From Sarea resinae (lineage: Eukaryota): a DNA stretch of 64,000 bases. Where the stretch lies: the NCBI GenBank assembly GCA_026026165.1, contig JAPEUD010000079.1, forward strand, positions 1 to 64,000, in the 5' to 3' direction. Made by a program: the position numbers and the translations under genes. Positions 37,790 to 48,584 of this stretch are shown here, piece by piece; position 1 is the stretch's first letter, and the number at the start of each line of letters is the position of its first letter. The notes under the pieces were generated by a model. That model did not search any database. It was not told the DNA's origin and saw only the letters and a program-made list of their open reading frames with translations.

Positions 37790-38144
37790 TTCCCCTTTAT
37801 CCCTTTTTCCCTTTTTCCCTTTTTCCCTTTTTCCCTTTTTCCCTTTTTCCCTTTTTTCCTTTTTAACAAACACACACACACACACAGACATAGAAACACA
37901 CGTAAACGAGCATATACTTAGTGCCTGTCATCATCGCCATCAAATAAGAAAAATCAATAATCAATAATCAAAAAAAGAAAAACTCTTTTATTGTTCACCG
38001 CTTGTTCCCACCGTGCCCCCCTCCCCCCTTGGGTTTACTTAATCCCTGAACATGTCGAGCAGCAGATTGATCTGGTATAGGACTGTTGAAGGACTGGATC
38101 GAGTTTGGTTCAGGCCTTTGCTTCTTCCTTCTCTTTTCTGTATG

Positions 38145-38184
<40 letters not shown>

Positions 38185-39250
38185 TCGCTGTTTTTCTGTA
38201 AGAGAGTTAGAGTCGAGTGAAAGTCGAGTCAGAGTCAAAGTCAGAGTCAGAGTAGGAATAGTAGTGGCGGTGGTAGTAGAAGCAGAAGCAGGGGCTAGAA
38301 GCAGGGGCTAGAAGCAGGAGCAGGAGCAGGAGCAGGGGCTAGAAGCAGGAGCAGGCACCACGGAAGGATGTCGAGCCATCCACCCCCCACCCAAACCCAA
38401 CCCTAAACCCTAAACCCTAAACCCTGAACCCTGAACCCTGAACCCTGAACCCAAACCTAAACCGGGACCCGAGTCTGGCCTGTGGATGGTGGAGTGTGGA
38501 GGAGAGAGAGAGAGTGTGTGTGTAGACAGTGTAGGAGACGGTGGAGTACAGATGGTGGACGGTGGACTCCAGTATAGAGGCTAGCGTCTAGATGGCAGAA
38601 CGAGAACAAGAGTCGAGGAGAGAGCCCCGCCCGGGAGAAAGCCCGCCGGGGAGAAAGCCGGCTAGGGAGAGGGGAAAAAGGGGGCGGTGGGGCGAGTCGC
38701 AGGAGATTCTCCTCCAAGATCAAAAGAGGAGAGAGACAGAGAGACAGAGAGATAGGGGGGGGGGGGGGGGGGGGGGGGGAGTTAGTTTGTTTTATTTTTG
38801 ATTTTGATTTTGATTTTTAGTTTTTTTTTTTTGGGGATTTCGATTTCGATTTTCTGGGTTTGGGGTTTGGGGTGGTTGGGGGGGTTTTGGTTGTTGGTGT
38901 TGGTGTTGGTGTTTGTAGCTTGTTTTGTATGGGGTGGGGTAGGGTATGGGTAGGCTAGGCTAGGCTAGGATATATGCCTTGCACGCCCTGCTTTGCCGCT
39001 GGTTGGAAGATGGGAGAAGAAGAAGATGATGATGATAGAAATGGAGAGGAAAGTAGGCCTTGATAAGGCTGGGAGGGCTGGAGAGGCTGGAAGGTAGGAG
39101 CTGGGGAGTAGGAGGGGAGGATAGGAGGGTGTGAGATGATGGCAGAGGAGGAGGGGAAGAAGAAGAAGAAGAAGAAGAAGAAGAAGAAGAAGAAAAGTAT
39201 CCCTCCCTACCCCCTCCTCGATGGCCAACTCAACTCATCTCATCTCATCT
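37790..39250. repeat. low-complexity spacer packed with microsatellites between convergent RTA1 and SDR genes
   Basis: (CCCTTTTT)n 37792-37862, (CA)n 37871-37886, (CT)n 38149-38180, GCAGG arrays 38281-38355, (CCCTRAA)n 38401-38449, G25 38755-38779, (GAA)n 39156-39193. Confidence 0.9.
38401..38452. repeat. telomere-like heptamer array (CCCTAAA)x3 + (CCCTGAA)x4
   Basis: Direct reading; flanked by degenerate CCAAAC units. Confidence 0.8.
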
Positions 39251-39292
39251 TGTCTCATCTCATCTCAAGCATGATGACAATGACAATCTTCC

Positions 39293-40117
39293 TTACACCA
39301 ACAACGCGCCCCCATTCGAATCCAGGATGGTGCCCGTCATATTGGCATTCCGCATGGCGGCCAAGAAATTCTCCACGACGTCCTCGACGCGGCCGATGCC
39401 GCCCGTCAGCAGCTTCTCCGTCCAGCTGTGCTTGATGGCCTCGACGTCGGCCTTGGTCGCGCCGACCGCGTCCCACAGCGCCGTGTCGACGGGCCCGGGG
39501 CTGACGAGATTGACGCGCACGGGCGCCAGGTCCACGGCCAGGTTGCGCACCATGCCGTGCAGGCCGGCCGCGTAGCCGGCCGTCACGGTCCAGCCGGGCA
39601 CGGGCCGCTGCGACGCCGAGCCCGTGGTCAGCGTGATGGATGGCGACGAGGACGCCGAGGCGTCGGTGCGCAGGTAGCCGCCGTAAAAGGCCGTCTTGGC
39701 CACCAGCAGCGGCGCGAAGAAGCGCACCGTGCCGGCGGCCACGATGGCCTCGTAGCTAATGTCCTTGAACGGCGCCAGGTGGAGCGCGTCGCCGGCCGTG
39801 TAGACGACGTGGTCGATGGGGTGCTTGCGGCCGTCGGTGGCGGCGTCCAGGAGGCTCGTGATGCGCGCCTCGAGCCCGTCCTGCGCCGCGAGGTCGCACG
39901 TGTGCCCGAAGAGCGTCGACGCGCGCGACGGGTAGAGCGAGCGCAGGTGGGATAGGGCGGCGGTGAGGCGGCTGGCCGACGAAGACGAGATGGTGACGCG
40001 CGCGGCGTGGTTCTCGAGCGAGGCCGCCGCGACGCCGAGGCCCATGCCCGAGGTGCCGCCGATGACGAGCACGTGCGCCGAGTGCAGCTTGGAGCTGTAG
40101 ACTGTTGCGTCGGCCAT
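39293..40117 (-). CDS. short-chain dehydrogenase/reductase (atypical active site), intronless, very GC-rich
   Basis: Likely start MADATVYSSK at 40117. Rossmann motif VLVIGGTSGMG, DHVVYTAG, LAVDLAPVRVNLVSPGPVDT, C-terminal MTGTILDSNGG. Confidence 0.92.
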   Translation of the reverse strand: MADATVYSSKLHSAHVLVIGGTSGMGLGVAAASLENHAARVTISSSSASRLTAALSHLRSLYPSRASTLFGHTCDLAAQDGLEARITSLLDAATDGRKHPIDHVVYTAGDALHLAPFKDISYEAIVAAGTVRFFAPLLVAKTAFYGGYLRTDASASSSPSITLTTGSASQRPVPGWTVTAGYAAGLHGMVRNLAVDLAPVRVNLVSPGPVDTALWDAVGATKADVEAIKHSWTEKLLTGGIGRVEDVVENFLAAMRNANMTGTILDSNGGALLV

Positions 40118-40804
40118 GTTGCCGGTCTCGAGTCGAATTGATAGATAAAATTGAATGGTGCGAAGATGGTCGTCTGGTTTGCGCTGGAGTCTCAATCAGA
40201 TGTGCGCAAGTCAATGGCGGTGATATCCGGTCAAGGAGGTTGTTTTATAGGGAGAGATGGTCAGCTCGGGCTTTCTTCCGGAGTAGCCCTGTTTCCTTCG
40301 TCGATAATCAGAAAAGAACTGACGGTGAGGATGAAAACTGATTGGTAACAAGACCGAAGCCCGAGGATGGCGTCGTCGATTAATAATTCTTCGTGCGATG
40401 GCGATGGGACGCCATGTCAGACTACGGACGACCCCACTGGTTGACCGCATGCCGTCATGCCACTCGATGTAGTCGACGGATGTAGTCGGACTTAAGACCA
40501 GGACATACAGCCCACAACGACTCGGCACGCAGTCTTTGGAAGAAGACAACTACGTCAAAAATAGTAACATGGATCGTATAGTATATACCATCTTATTCAA
40601 AGAATGTAAACAGAGCCCGCGCTCACGTTCTAATCACAGACAAACAAGCAAAGGGCCTTGCCCCCAAATGTGCCCCCCTTCGACGCAAGAGAGTGAAGGA
40701 AACGCCAGCCCATGAGACGCAGCCAATGAGACGCTAACCCAAGCAAACCCAGCCATCCACCCTTTTCCCAACCCATATCATCATCGTAACAATATCTACG
40801 TTAC

Positions 40805-43160
40805 CTATTCAAGCTCGCCAACCCCCCTACTGATGACCCCACCGGCAACCCTGCCAGAAGGCACTCGGATGCCGGCGTTGTCAATCGTTGTCGAGATGCT
40901 ATCGGAACTTCGCTTGCTGACGAGACTGTTGTTTCTCGATTTCGACTTTCGCCGCAGTCTCGGATCTATTGGTGCCGCTGCTGCTGCCTTCGCCTTAGTG
41001 CCTGCATCAGCATGCCGCTTTGTAGTCGAGGATTCTCGAGGGGATGGTGGAGCATCAGCAGCGTGTGCAAAGGCGTCATTCTCGTCTCCGGCGTGGGCCG
41101 CAGGAGTGCTGGAGCTTTCGGTTTGTTGCGGTAATGGAGGGCAAGAAGTGGGAGGAGTTGAGTCAGGGATCCTAGTGCGCTTGCGGAGGGTTATGTTAGA
41201 TATTGTCGAAGACTCATCATCGTTCCCTCCAGGAAAACCGGGTGTCGCACTGGCCACTTGAGAATATTTCTTGCCCCGCAGACTTGCCGTCTCCATCTCT
41301 GTATCTGCCTCGGTCCCTTCGCTCGAGCTTCCCGCCACTTTGCCCATCTGGCGTGCGTCTTCGGGATATTTCCACGGTAGAGGGATCGGCGCGTGCGGAG
41401 CTTCAATCTGCTTACGGCGGTCGTCGAGAGGTGTATCTTCGTACGCTTCGACCTTCTTGTATCGCTGTTCGGAAGCTGTATCGGCGTATGTTCGGAGGGC
41501 TTGGAAAACGTGCGGGAAAACCAGCGTTTCCACGTCATCGGCCCACAGGAAGTCAAGATGCTCAAAGTGGGGAATCTGCAATCATTCAGCTATGATCAGA
41601 ACAAACGACACGACGAAAACCAGTAATTCCAATAATTCCACGTTGACTGGTCCTACCTCTTTGGCGACAGTGTGTTTTGGTAGTTCCTTGAGCATCACCT
41701 TGATATCTACTAGACTATCGCTCCCACCGTATACCAGCACAATCGGGGTCTTGATATTCTTGGTTGGAAACTTCGCAACCTTGTAATACTTGCCTCCGCC
41801 CCCGAGACTCAATGGCGTCTGCACGTCATCGTCGTACATTTGAAAGCTGGCATTTCGTATGATTTGGAACCAGTGCACGACACTCTTGGTGCTGGTGAAG
41901 GAATAAAGATGAGGGTAGGCGGCGTGCTTTTGGTGGATGCTGATGTTGGAACCGGACCATGCGAAGAGAAACGAGAGCGCAATGTCGATGATGCGGACGA
42001 AGATTGGAGGGTACAGGATCGACTGCCACATAGTAGCTGAGCCGAGAATGCTTCTACGGCCAAATCCGAGAAACATAAGTTCCGGTGACGCTTTGATGAG
42101 TGAGTCCACGATGCCATTGCTGAGACCATGCGGTGCCATGGCAGGAGCTAGCGCAATGAAGACGTCAATCTTATCGTTGAGCTGAGGATGTATCGAGAGA
42201 GTCGCAAAAGCCTGGGCTACATGATGTCAGCCTTGCACCTTCTATACGGCCCATCCCAGCCTTACCCGTTCCTTGGGAAAATCCAATATAAGATAAAGAC
42301 GGCTGCTTTGTGGTAGAGAGAACATAGTCGATGCTATCGGGAATATCGTGGAATGCAAACTGATCCATGGAGAAATCCCAGAAAGCCGTACTCGTCGGGG
42401 AGTGCTTTGTTGATTTCTTGGAATATTTGTTGCCGCGATTATTGCCAAGCTGCCTCTATTAGCCACGCACTCCATCCACGCGGTTCGGACCGACTCACCC
42501 AAACATCGTATCCCATCTCGACCAGTTGGAACGGCAGACACCTTTGTTTCTCGGTCAAGCAAACCCAGACCTCGCTATCCATCAAGAGGCCGTGGTGCAG
42601 ATAGACTACCTTCTTTCTCAAACCGTCCGGACCACTGTTGACCCTCAAAGCTTCCTCACCCTTGCGCCAGCCCAGGCGATGTAGTCCAAGCAAGTACCCG
42701 TCTCCAGTCTGCACAATGTGCTCTTCTGCGTAGTATCCGAAAAGAGCACAGAGGTCGACGAAGTCGGGGGCATTCGCTATGGCATAGGAGACTGATTCTT
42801 GATGAGTGGGTGCTGGATGAAGAGGGGATGAGCGATGACCTACGCTTATGCTTCGAGCCCTTTCTACTCTGAGGCGACGACAGGACATTGAAAAGCGACC
42901 GCGAACTATTGTAGCAGAATTTGATGATGGGATATGCTGATACAGATCAGCACGGCTATTCACGTGTGGTTCAGGCAACGTACGCAACGCGATGGTGATG
43001 ATGCTTATCAGGCTCTCGAGCACGATCAGAATGAATGAGCCAATCAGCGCGACATATTCCCGTCTAGAGAGATGATCAATATCCGTTTCATTCGGATGCA
43101 TCAGAGCACCAAGGCTTTTGCTTACAGGAACAGCCGCCCAATGAAGGGTATTCTCGGCAT
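40805..43160 (-). CDS. alpha/beta-hydrolase lipase / steryl-ester hydrolase (Tgl1/Yeh-like)
   Basis: Starts MPRIPFIGRLF, with several GT-AG introns (e.g. 43125-43064). Motifs EEHIVQTGDGYLLGLHR, YLHHGLL, GYDVWLGNNRGNKYS, FHDIPDSIDYVL, nucleophile GFSQG, GGSDSLVD, HLDFLWA, then a low-complexity tail. Confidence 0.93.
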
Positions 43161-44035
43161 CTTCGCAACGACAACAATGGCATCCGCTTCTGAGATGTTC
43201 CGCTCCTCACAGCCGTCGACCCATCTTAGGCGACCAAGCGGTCAAGACAGCAACCTAAGACACTCGTCCACCGAGGCAGAACCCGAGATGGGCCGCCCAA
43301 AAACTCAGCTCACGCAGCAGTCGATGAAGTCTCGGATATCGTCCGCCTGATGATCTGGCGTGTCAATTGCGCAGGTTGGAAGGTGTATGGTTGCGAGAAG
43401 AGAACAGAGGAGAAAGGTGTCGATGGTGAAGTTGGAACGAGCCCGACACGGGAAAGCGAGTGGACATGGACATGATAACATCATACCATACTCGCTTTGA
43501 TGTGGAAAATCGAAGTGGTCGCGTACACCCGCGTACCTGCCCGCCTCGGCCACGGCCACGTCGACGGATCGCTACTTCGCTCTTGGCTCTTGCCGCACAT
43601 CAGGCAAGAATGAGAGACCGTCTACATCCGGTCTAGCGCTATCCGGGGATCGCGTGAGCTGCTAAGACCTGAGATCGCGGAGTTGCCGCCATAGACAATA
43701 TACGAAGACAGTACCTGCTGGACTAACTCTCACCGCGCTGAGTGGCCGGTATCTCCTCGGTACCTCGTCATCTAGCCTATATCGCGTTCCGTGAACACCG
43801 AAAAGTACGGCAGGCAAATCGCCATCTTCTGCAAATTCAATATCTCTCTTTCGCGCACCCTCTTCCAGAGCTCTCACTGCCTCTCTCTCAGATCTTTCGG
43901 AGCCGGAGAGATCAGTCCGGCTAGGTGGAGACAGACATCAAGGCGGCAAAGTCCATATGTTCGCGCTCCGGTAGCGGGCAAGAATCAGTGCAAGCACCAG
44001 TCACTTCCAGAGTCCTCACATCAAATCAAACAACC

Positions 44036-44470
44036 ATGCCGTCCTCCTGCAAAGACATTCGTAAGGTTCCCCCTTTCCCTTACTCTCCTCTTCGTCCCTT
44101 TTCTTTCCCTGGCAACCTTTGGCGCCGATGCTGACACCTCCCCACAGGCGCCGCGCTGGCCCAATGCCTCCAAGAATCGCCCTGCTGTCTAATCGAGCGT
44201 CACAAGCCTTCCGAATGTCTGCGGGAGCCGCTCTTCTCCGAGCTCCCCACCCGGTGTCAGCAGCTGAAGAAAGGCTACGGAGAGTGTAAGCGGGGCATGG
44301 TAGACATGCGCAAGAGATTCAGGGGGAACCATCCGATGAGCGTGAGCAAGGAGCTGGAAGGCGGGGGAGGGAGGGAAGGAGGCCAGCTCTATGCGGGCAG
44401 GAATGCGTTTCCTGTCGTCAAGCCTACGTCGGGGAATGAGAAAGAGGACCTCGGCGACGGAGAAAAGTGA
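44036..44470 (+). CDS. PET191: cytochrome c oxidase assembly factor 5 (twin CX9C)
   Basis: Not captured intact in the ORF track. Exons 44036-44060 and 44148-44470 give MPSSCKDIRAALAQCLQESPC...CLREPL..ELPTRCQQLKKGYGECKRGMVDMRKRFRGN, the Pet191/COA5 signature. Confidence 0.93.
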
Positions 44471-44932
44471 GGCCTCGAATTTCAGGGGAGGAAGAGACGG
44501 TGATGGGCCAAGACGAGAGCGGAAGAGGAAATGCGCAGGGAGTAAGTGGTGACGTTTGAGGCTCTCTGAGCGGTTGTTACGCATTTGGCATGTAGAGCAT
44601 ATTCTGGCGTTGTGGCAAGGATTGCAAGTTTCTGTCTTCTCCATCTCTCTCCTTTCATTGTACCATATGAGCACGCTCGAAAGAAGGGGCTGCGAACGTG
44701 ATGTGTACATTCAAGAATCGGTCTGTAGTATAGAAGAAAGAAATCACTCTCGCAGCTCAGACACCCAGACTGTCTTACGCCAATTCATCATTGGTCAACT
44801 CAGTCGTCTACAGATGGGGTAGCGTCGGCGCAAGAGGCTTTTGCGTGATACTGCAATGAAAGACTTTTCCATGAATTTAGCGTACAATCTTCCTAGATAT
44901 GATAGCAAGCAATGAAGCCCCAAAGTGAAAGT

Positions 44933-46565
44933 CTACTGCGTCTTCTTCCCCTTCCCCGTCTCCCGGACGGGCTCACACCACAGCCACAACGCCACGAAAC
45001 CGCACCATCCAACGACAGTGACCCCAATTCCCGCGATCCACACCCACGCCCCGCTGATTCTCCAACTGCGCGGCCATTCGTCGTGCGCAAAATGGCGCAC
45101 AGTAACTTCTTCCTTGACGTCGAGGTAAGTGAGGAAGGGACGCTTATAGTTGACGCGGAATTTGAAGATGCCGTGTTGGTCGGGGATAGTGAAGGATGTT
45201 GTGAAGAGGGTGGAGTTAAAGGTAGTGAGCGACGGATGCAGGTTGAGGCGATGGTAGGGGGAGAGCATTGTGAATTCGAGTTGGAGGTCATCGGGAGAGG
45301 GTAGGAGGAAGGGGGCGTAGTGATCGTTGATGTATTCCGAAAGCTCGATCGTGAAGGTCTAGTACGAAAGAAAAGGGGAACATGTTAGCTTGAGCATGCG
45401 AGCCGAAGAGAAGGGTGGGACATAGAAACATACGACGTCGTTCTTGATCCTGTAGATCTTGGGGTTCAATTCTCCCAAAAGAGCAACACTGTCATTACTG
45501 CCGCTCTGCTGATCCCCAGCGCTCAAGTGATGCTCCACCCTTCCTACCTTCAGAACTCCCAACTCCTGGAACGTCCACGCAGAGATCCGTCTCGCGAATG
45601 CTTGATTCGCCGTCTTGGTTTCCTTGCCACCCTTTTCCGGGCCTTTGACCGTCGCGCCAAACCATTTGTTCTGCAGCATTTCTGCCGAGCCTAGGACGGT
45701 AAGACGAGCTGAATTCCGTGCTTCCAGGGTTGAAACGAGAGATAGCTGCGAGCCGACTGCAAAGGGCTCCTCGGTAGCCTCGGGCTCATCTTTGGGGTTG
45801 TAGCTGTAGGCAGTGTTGGAACCACGCAAGACGGGGGCGAGCAGGGGACTGGCGTTTCCAAGGGTCTGCCCTACGCCACGAGGGAAAGCAATGACCTTGT
45901 CTTTCTCATCGTCAAGAGCAAAGTAATTCTTGACGCCCGGCTTGAGCTCTTGCGGCGGTGGGAGGAGTAGGACATCGTGCTTTTCGGTGGCGGAGAGTGC
46001 GTCGTAATGGAAGTGGTCAACAACAAGTGAGTTGCGATCTGGGGGCAGGTGGATGTCGAGCTCGAGGAGGAGGGAGTTAACGGAGCTGGGGGTGGGGTGC
46101 GTTGCGGAGAGGGTGAGCAGGATGTTGCCTTCTTTGTTGATGAAGTCGAGAAGGATATTGGGCGTCAATGCGGGTCCGAAGCCTGGAGTATAACTGTCAG
46201 TCTTGTTACTGCTGAGAGGCAGCCAATTGATGTTTGAGGTTACCCTTGGATTTGGGTGGGAGCAGCAATAGATGGTCAAAAGCACGCTCGCCATGCTGGA
46301 AGAGGGAAAGTTTGTCATTCTTCGGCGATTCGAAAGAGACCTGATAGCCTCGAGCTGTGGAATGACCATATTTTAGCAAACTGTGTCCGATCCGGCGAAC
46401 TTCATCATTGCGCTCTCACTCACCCTCCAGATCATTCCAGAACTTCGAATATCTCTCCTTCTCGGCCAACTCTTCGATTACAACCAACAGCCGATTGCCA
46501 GTGGAGCTGAGAGCGTGAACCAAGCCCAAGCAGAAGAGCAATAGCAGATACACCGGCGACCACAT
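44933..46565 (-). CDS. WBP1: oligosaccharyltransferase beta subunit (OST48/DDOST)
   Basis: Signal peptide MWSPVYLLLLFCLGLVHALSSTGNRLLVV, three GT-AG introns, motifs LEARNSARLTVLGS, IYRIKNDV, PDQHGIFKFRVNYKRPFLT, VRHFAHDEWPRSW, TM helix and dilysine end KKTQ. Confidence 0.93.
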
Positions 46566-46942
46566 GGTGAATCTGAGATGAGGAGAGCTCGTTGCGCAAC
46601 GTTGCTTTGTAGAAAGAAGGTCGAGATGGGAGATATCTCCAAGCTATCCATCCGTACCTATCGGGCAGTATGCGTAAGCTGTTGATGTCGCGTAAAGATG
46701 AGCATGCCGGGCGTAGATGCAAGAATGACCATCTGGCCGCAACAACCTTGACCTGATGGATTCGATACTCGGAGTACATTGCCGATGTCACTCTAGGCAC
46801 GCTGCACCGACGGCCATCATCATCACCAAACCTTCAAACCGTCAAACATCCGGATCACGACGGGACTCGCACGGCTCATTGAAGCTCGATACACCCTCAA
46901 TTCTCCCCTCTTCCCGACCATATCTCACCACACACCTTCAAC

Positions 46943-47335
46943 ATGTCTGCCACCCCCCGGTTCTGGTCTCAGCCCTTCCGATACATCCGCTGGGCCTCGC
47001 ACGAGAAGCCCGCCATCTTCTACTCCCTCTGCATCGGCTCTCTGGGTCCGGTCTTTGTCGCCGTCGTTCCGCCCATCAGAAGACAGTTCGGCGACTTGCC
47101 CCGGGAACGTATCCCATTGACCTATCCGAGTACGTCCTCTGCTTCCTCCCGGAGAGAGAGAGAGAGAGAGAGAGAGTGAGAGAGAGAGACAGAGAGAGTG
47201 AGGAGGGGCAAAGAGGAAGAGAACGGGGAGACCAGAAAGAAGAGCTTGTCTTGGGATACGAAATGATGCTAACTCTTCTATTTCCATCTAGTACCATCGG
47301 GTCCGCGAAAGGTTCCTGAGGGATTCGATGATTAA
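46943..47335 (+). CDS. NADH:ubiquinone oxidoreductase 9.5 kDa subunit (NI9M / NDUFA3-like)
   Basis: Exons 46943-47129 and 47292-47335: PRFWSQPFRYIRWASHEKPAIFYS...GP...IPLTYPIPSGPRKVPEGFDD. The intron carries a (GA)n tract. Confidence 0.9.
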
Positions 47336-48584
47336 GGGTGGAGAGGGAAACCAAGGGGAGACTGAGAGAAGAGAGCATCTTCGATGGGCCGATAGAAAAG
47401 TTTGGCATGCTGGGCCATTCGATGGGAATCTCTGGCGCTCGTCATTACAGGGGCCGCCACCAACCCTGGGGATCATTGCAAATAACAGCAATATCTCGTA
47501 GGGACAGGATGGGAAGAAGGGGAGAGAATATAGCTGGTATCGTTGCGTTGTATATATTCCATCCATCCTACAATTAGCGCAATTGAAGTATTCGTTTCAA
47601 GGTCAAAAGCCGAGGATCTGGATCTTTAACAGCCACTCATCCCGCGTCGGCTTTGTGCTGAAGAAGCGCTACTACGAGTGCTGCTCCAGGGCCTCAAATC
47701 ATTTCGGCTTTACACCTTCGCTACTTCAAGCCGTAGCATGATATTAAAGAGGTATAAACTCCGCGCGAGTTGTGAAATTTGATTTGGGGGAGATGACTTC
47801 GATTGAATGCTATGCTATCCTAGCTTATCCCTATCGCTAACCCTATCCCTATCCTATCCTATGCACTAACGGGCTTGCGGGAAAGAGAGGATGCTGGAGA
47901 CTGGAAACTGAAGACCACAATGATCAAGACACGCTACCATTGTAGTAATCGATGATATCCACAACGAGTAATTGCCGGGCCATACCAACAATGCTCGGAA
48001 CCAAACCACAAACAATCAAGTATGGTAATCGAACGCTGGAGGATACATGGGTTAATGTAATGCTGTCTCGTATGCCAGCCAAATGGCCAGAGACAGAAGA
48101 GGCGCTCAGACACAAACGAATGAATCGAAGAAACAGAATTCAATAAAGCGTGGGGTAGAACAGAGCAAGAATACGGGGGGGGCCGCCGACAGACAGACAC
48201 CGTTCCACTGGCGATGCAAGCTGATTAATCCAAAGTATGCAAGAGGCGAGCTGGTTCCGAGTGCGCTACGCTGGATTATGATAGATGATGAACAATGGAT
48301 CTATGCAGGAGCGAATGCGTGGCCATTAAAGAGCCTGCGCTGTGTATGCGTGGTACCGACCGCTGCTCCGGCCGCGATCCAAATTTGACACTACTTTGGG
48401 TATCATCGTGCAAGGGGTCGAAGTGCTGATACTGAAGGGGAAGGGGCTCCTCAAAGCTGTGGAAAGATACTCCAAACGGGATGTCGAAAAGATCCTTAGC
48501 AGCTGCGAAAGGCTGAAAATGCGAACACAGAAACGAGAGACGAAGGCGAGATCGAAAGAAACGTAGACACTGGACAGCCGAATG

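Noticed and set aside
36559..40117. Horizontally transferred GC-rich island (RTA1 + SDR)
   Set aside because: RTA1 is a fungal family with a normal spliceosomal intron, and the same GC3 rise occurs inside conserved native genes (Tudor-SN, EMC1).
36559..43160. Secondary-metabolite gene cluster (exporter, SDR, hydrolase)
   Set aside because: There is no PKS, NRPS, terpene synthase or cluster transcription factor in the window, and the neighbours are housekeeping genes.
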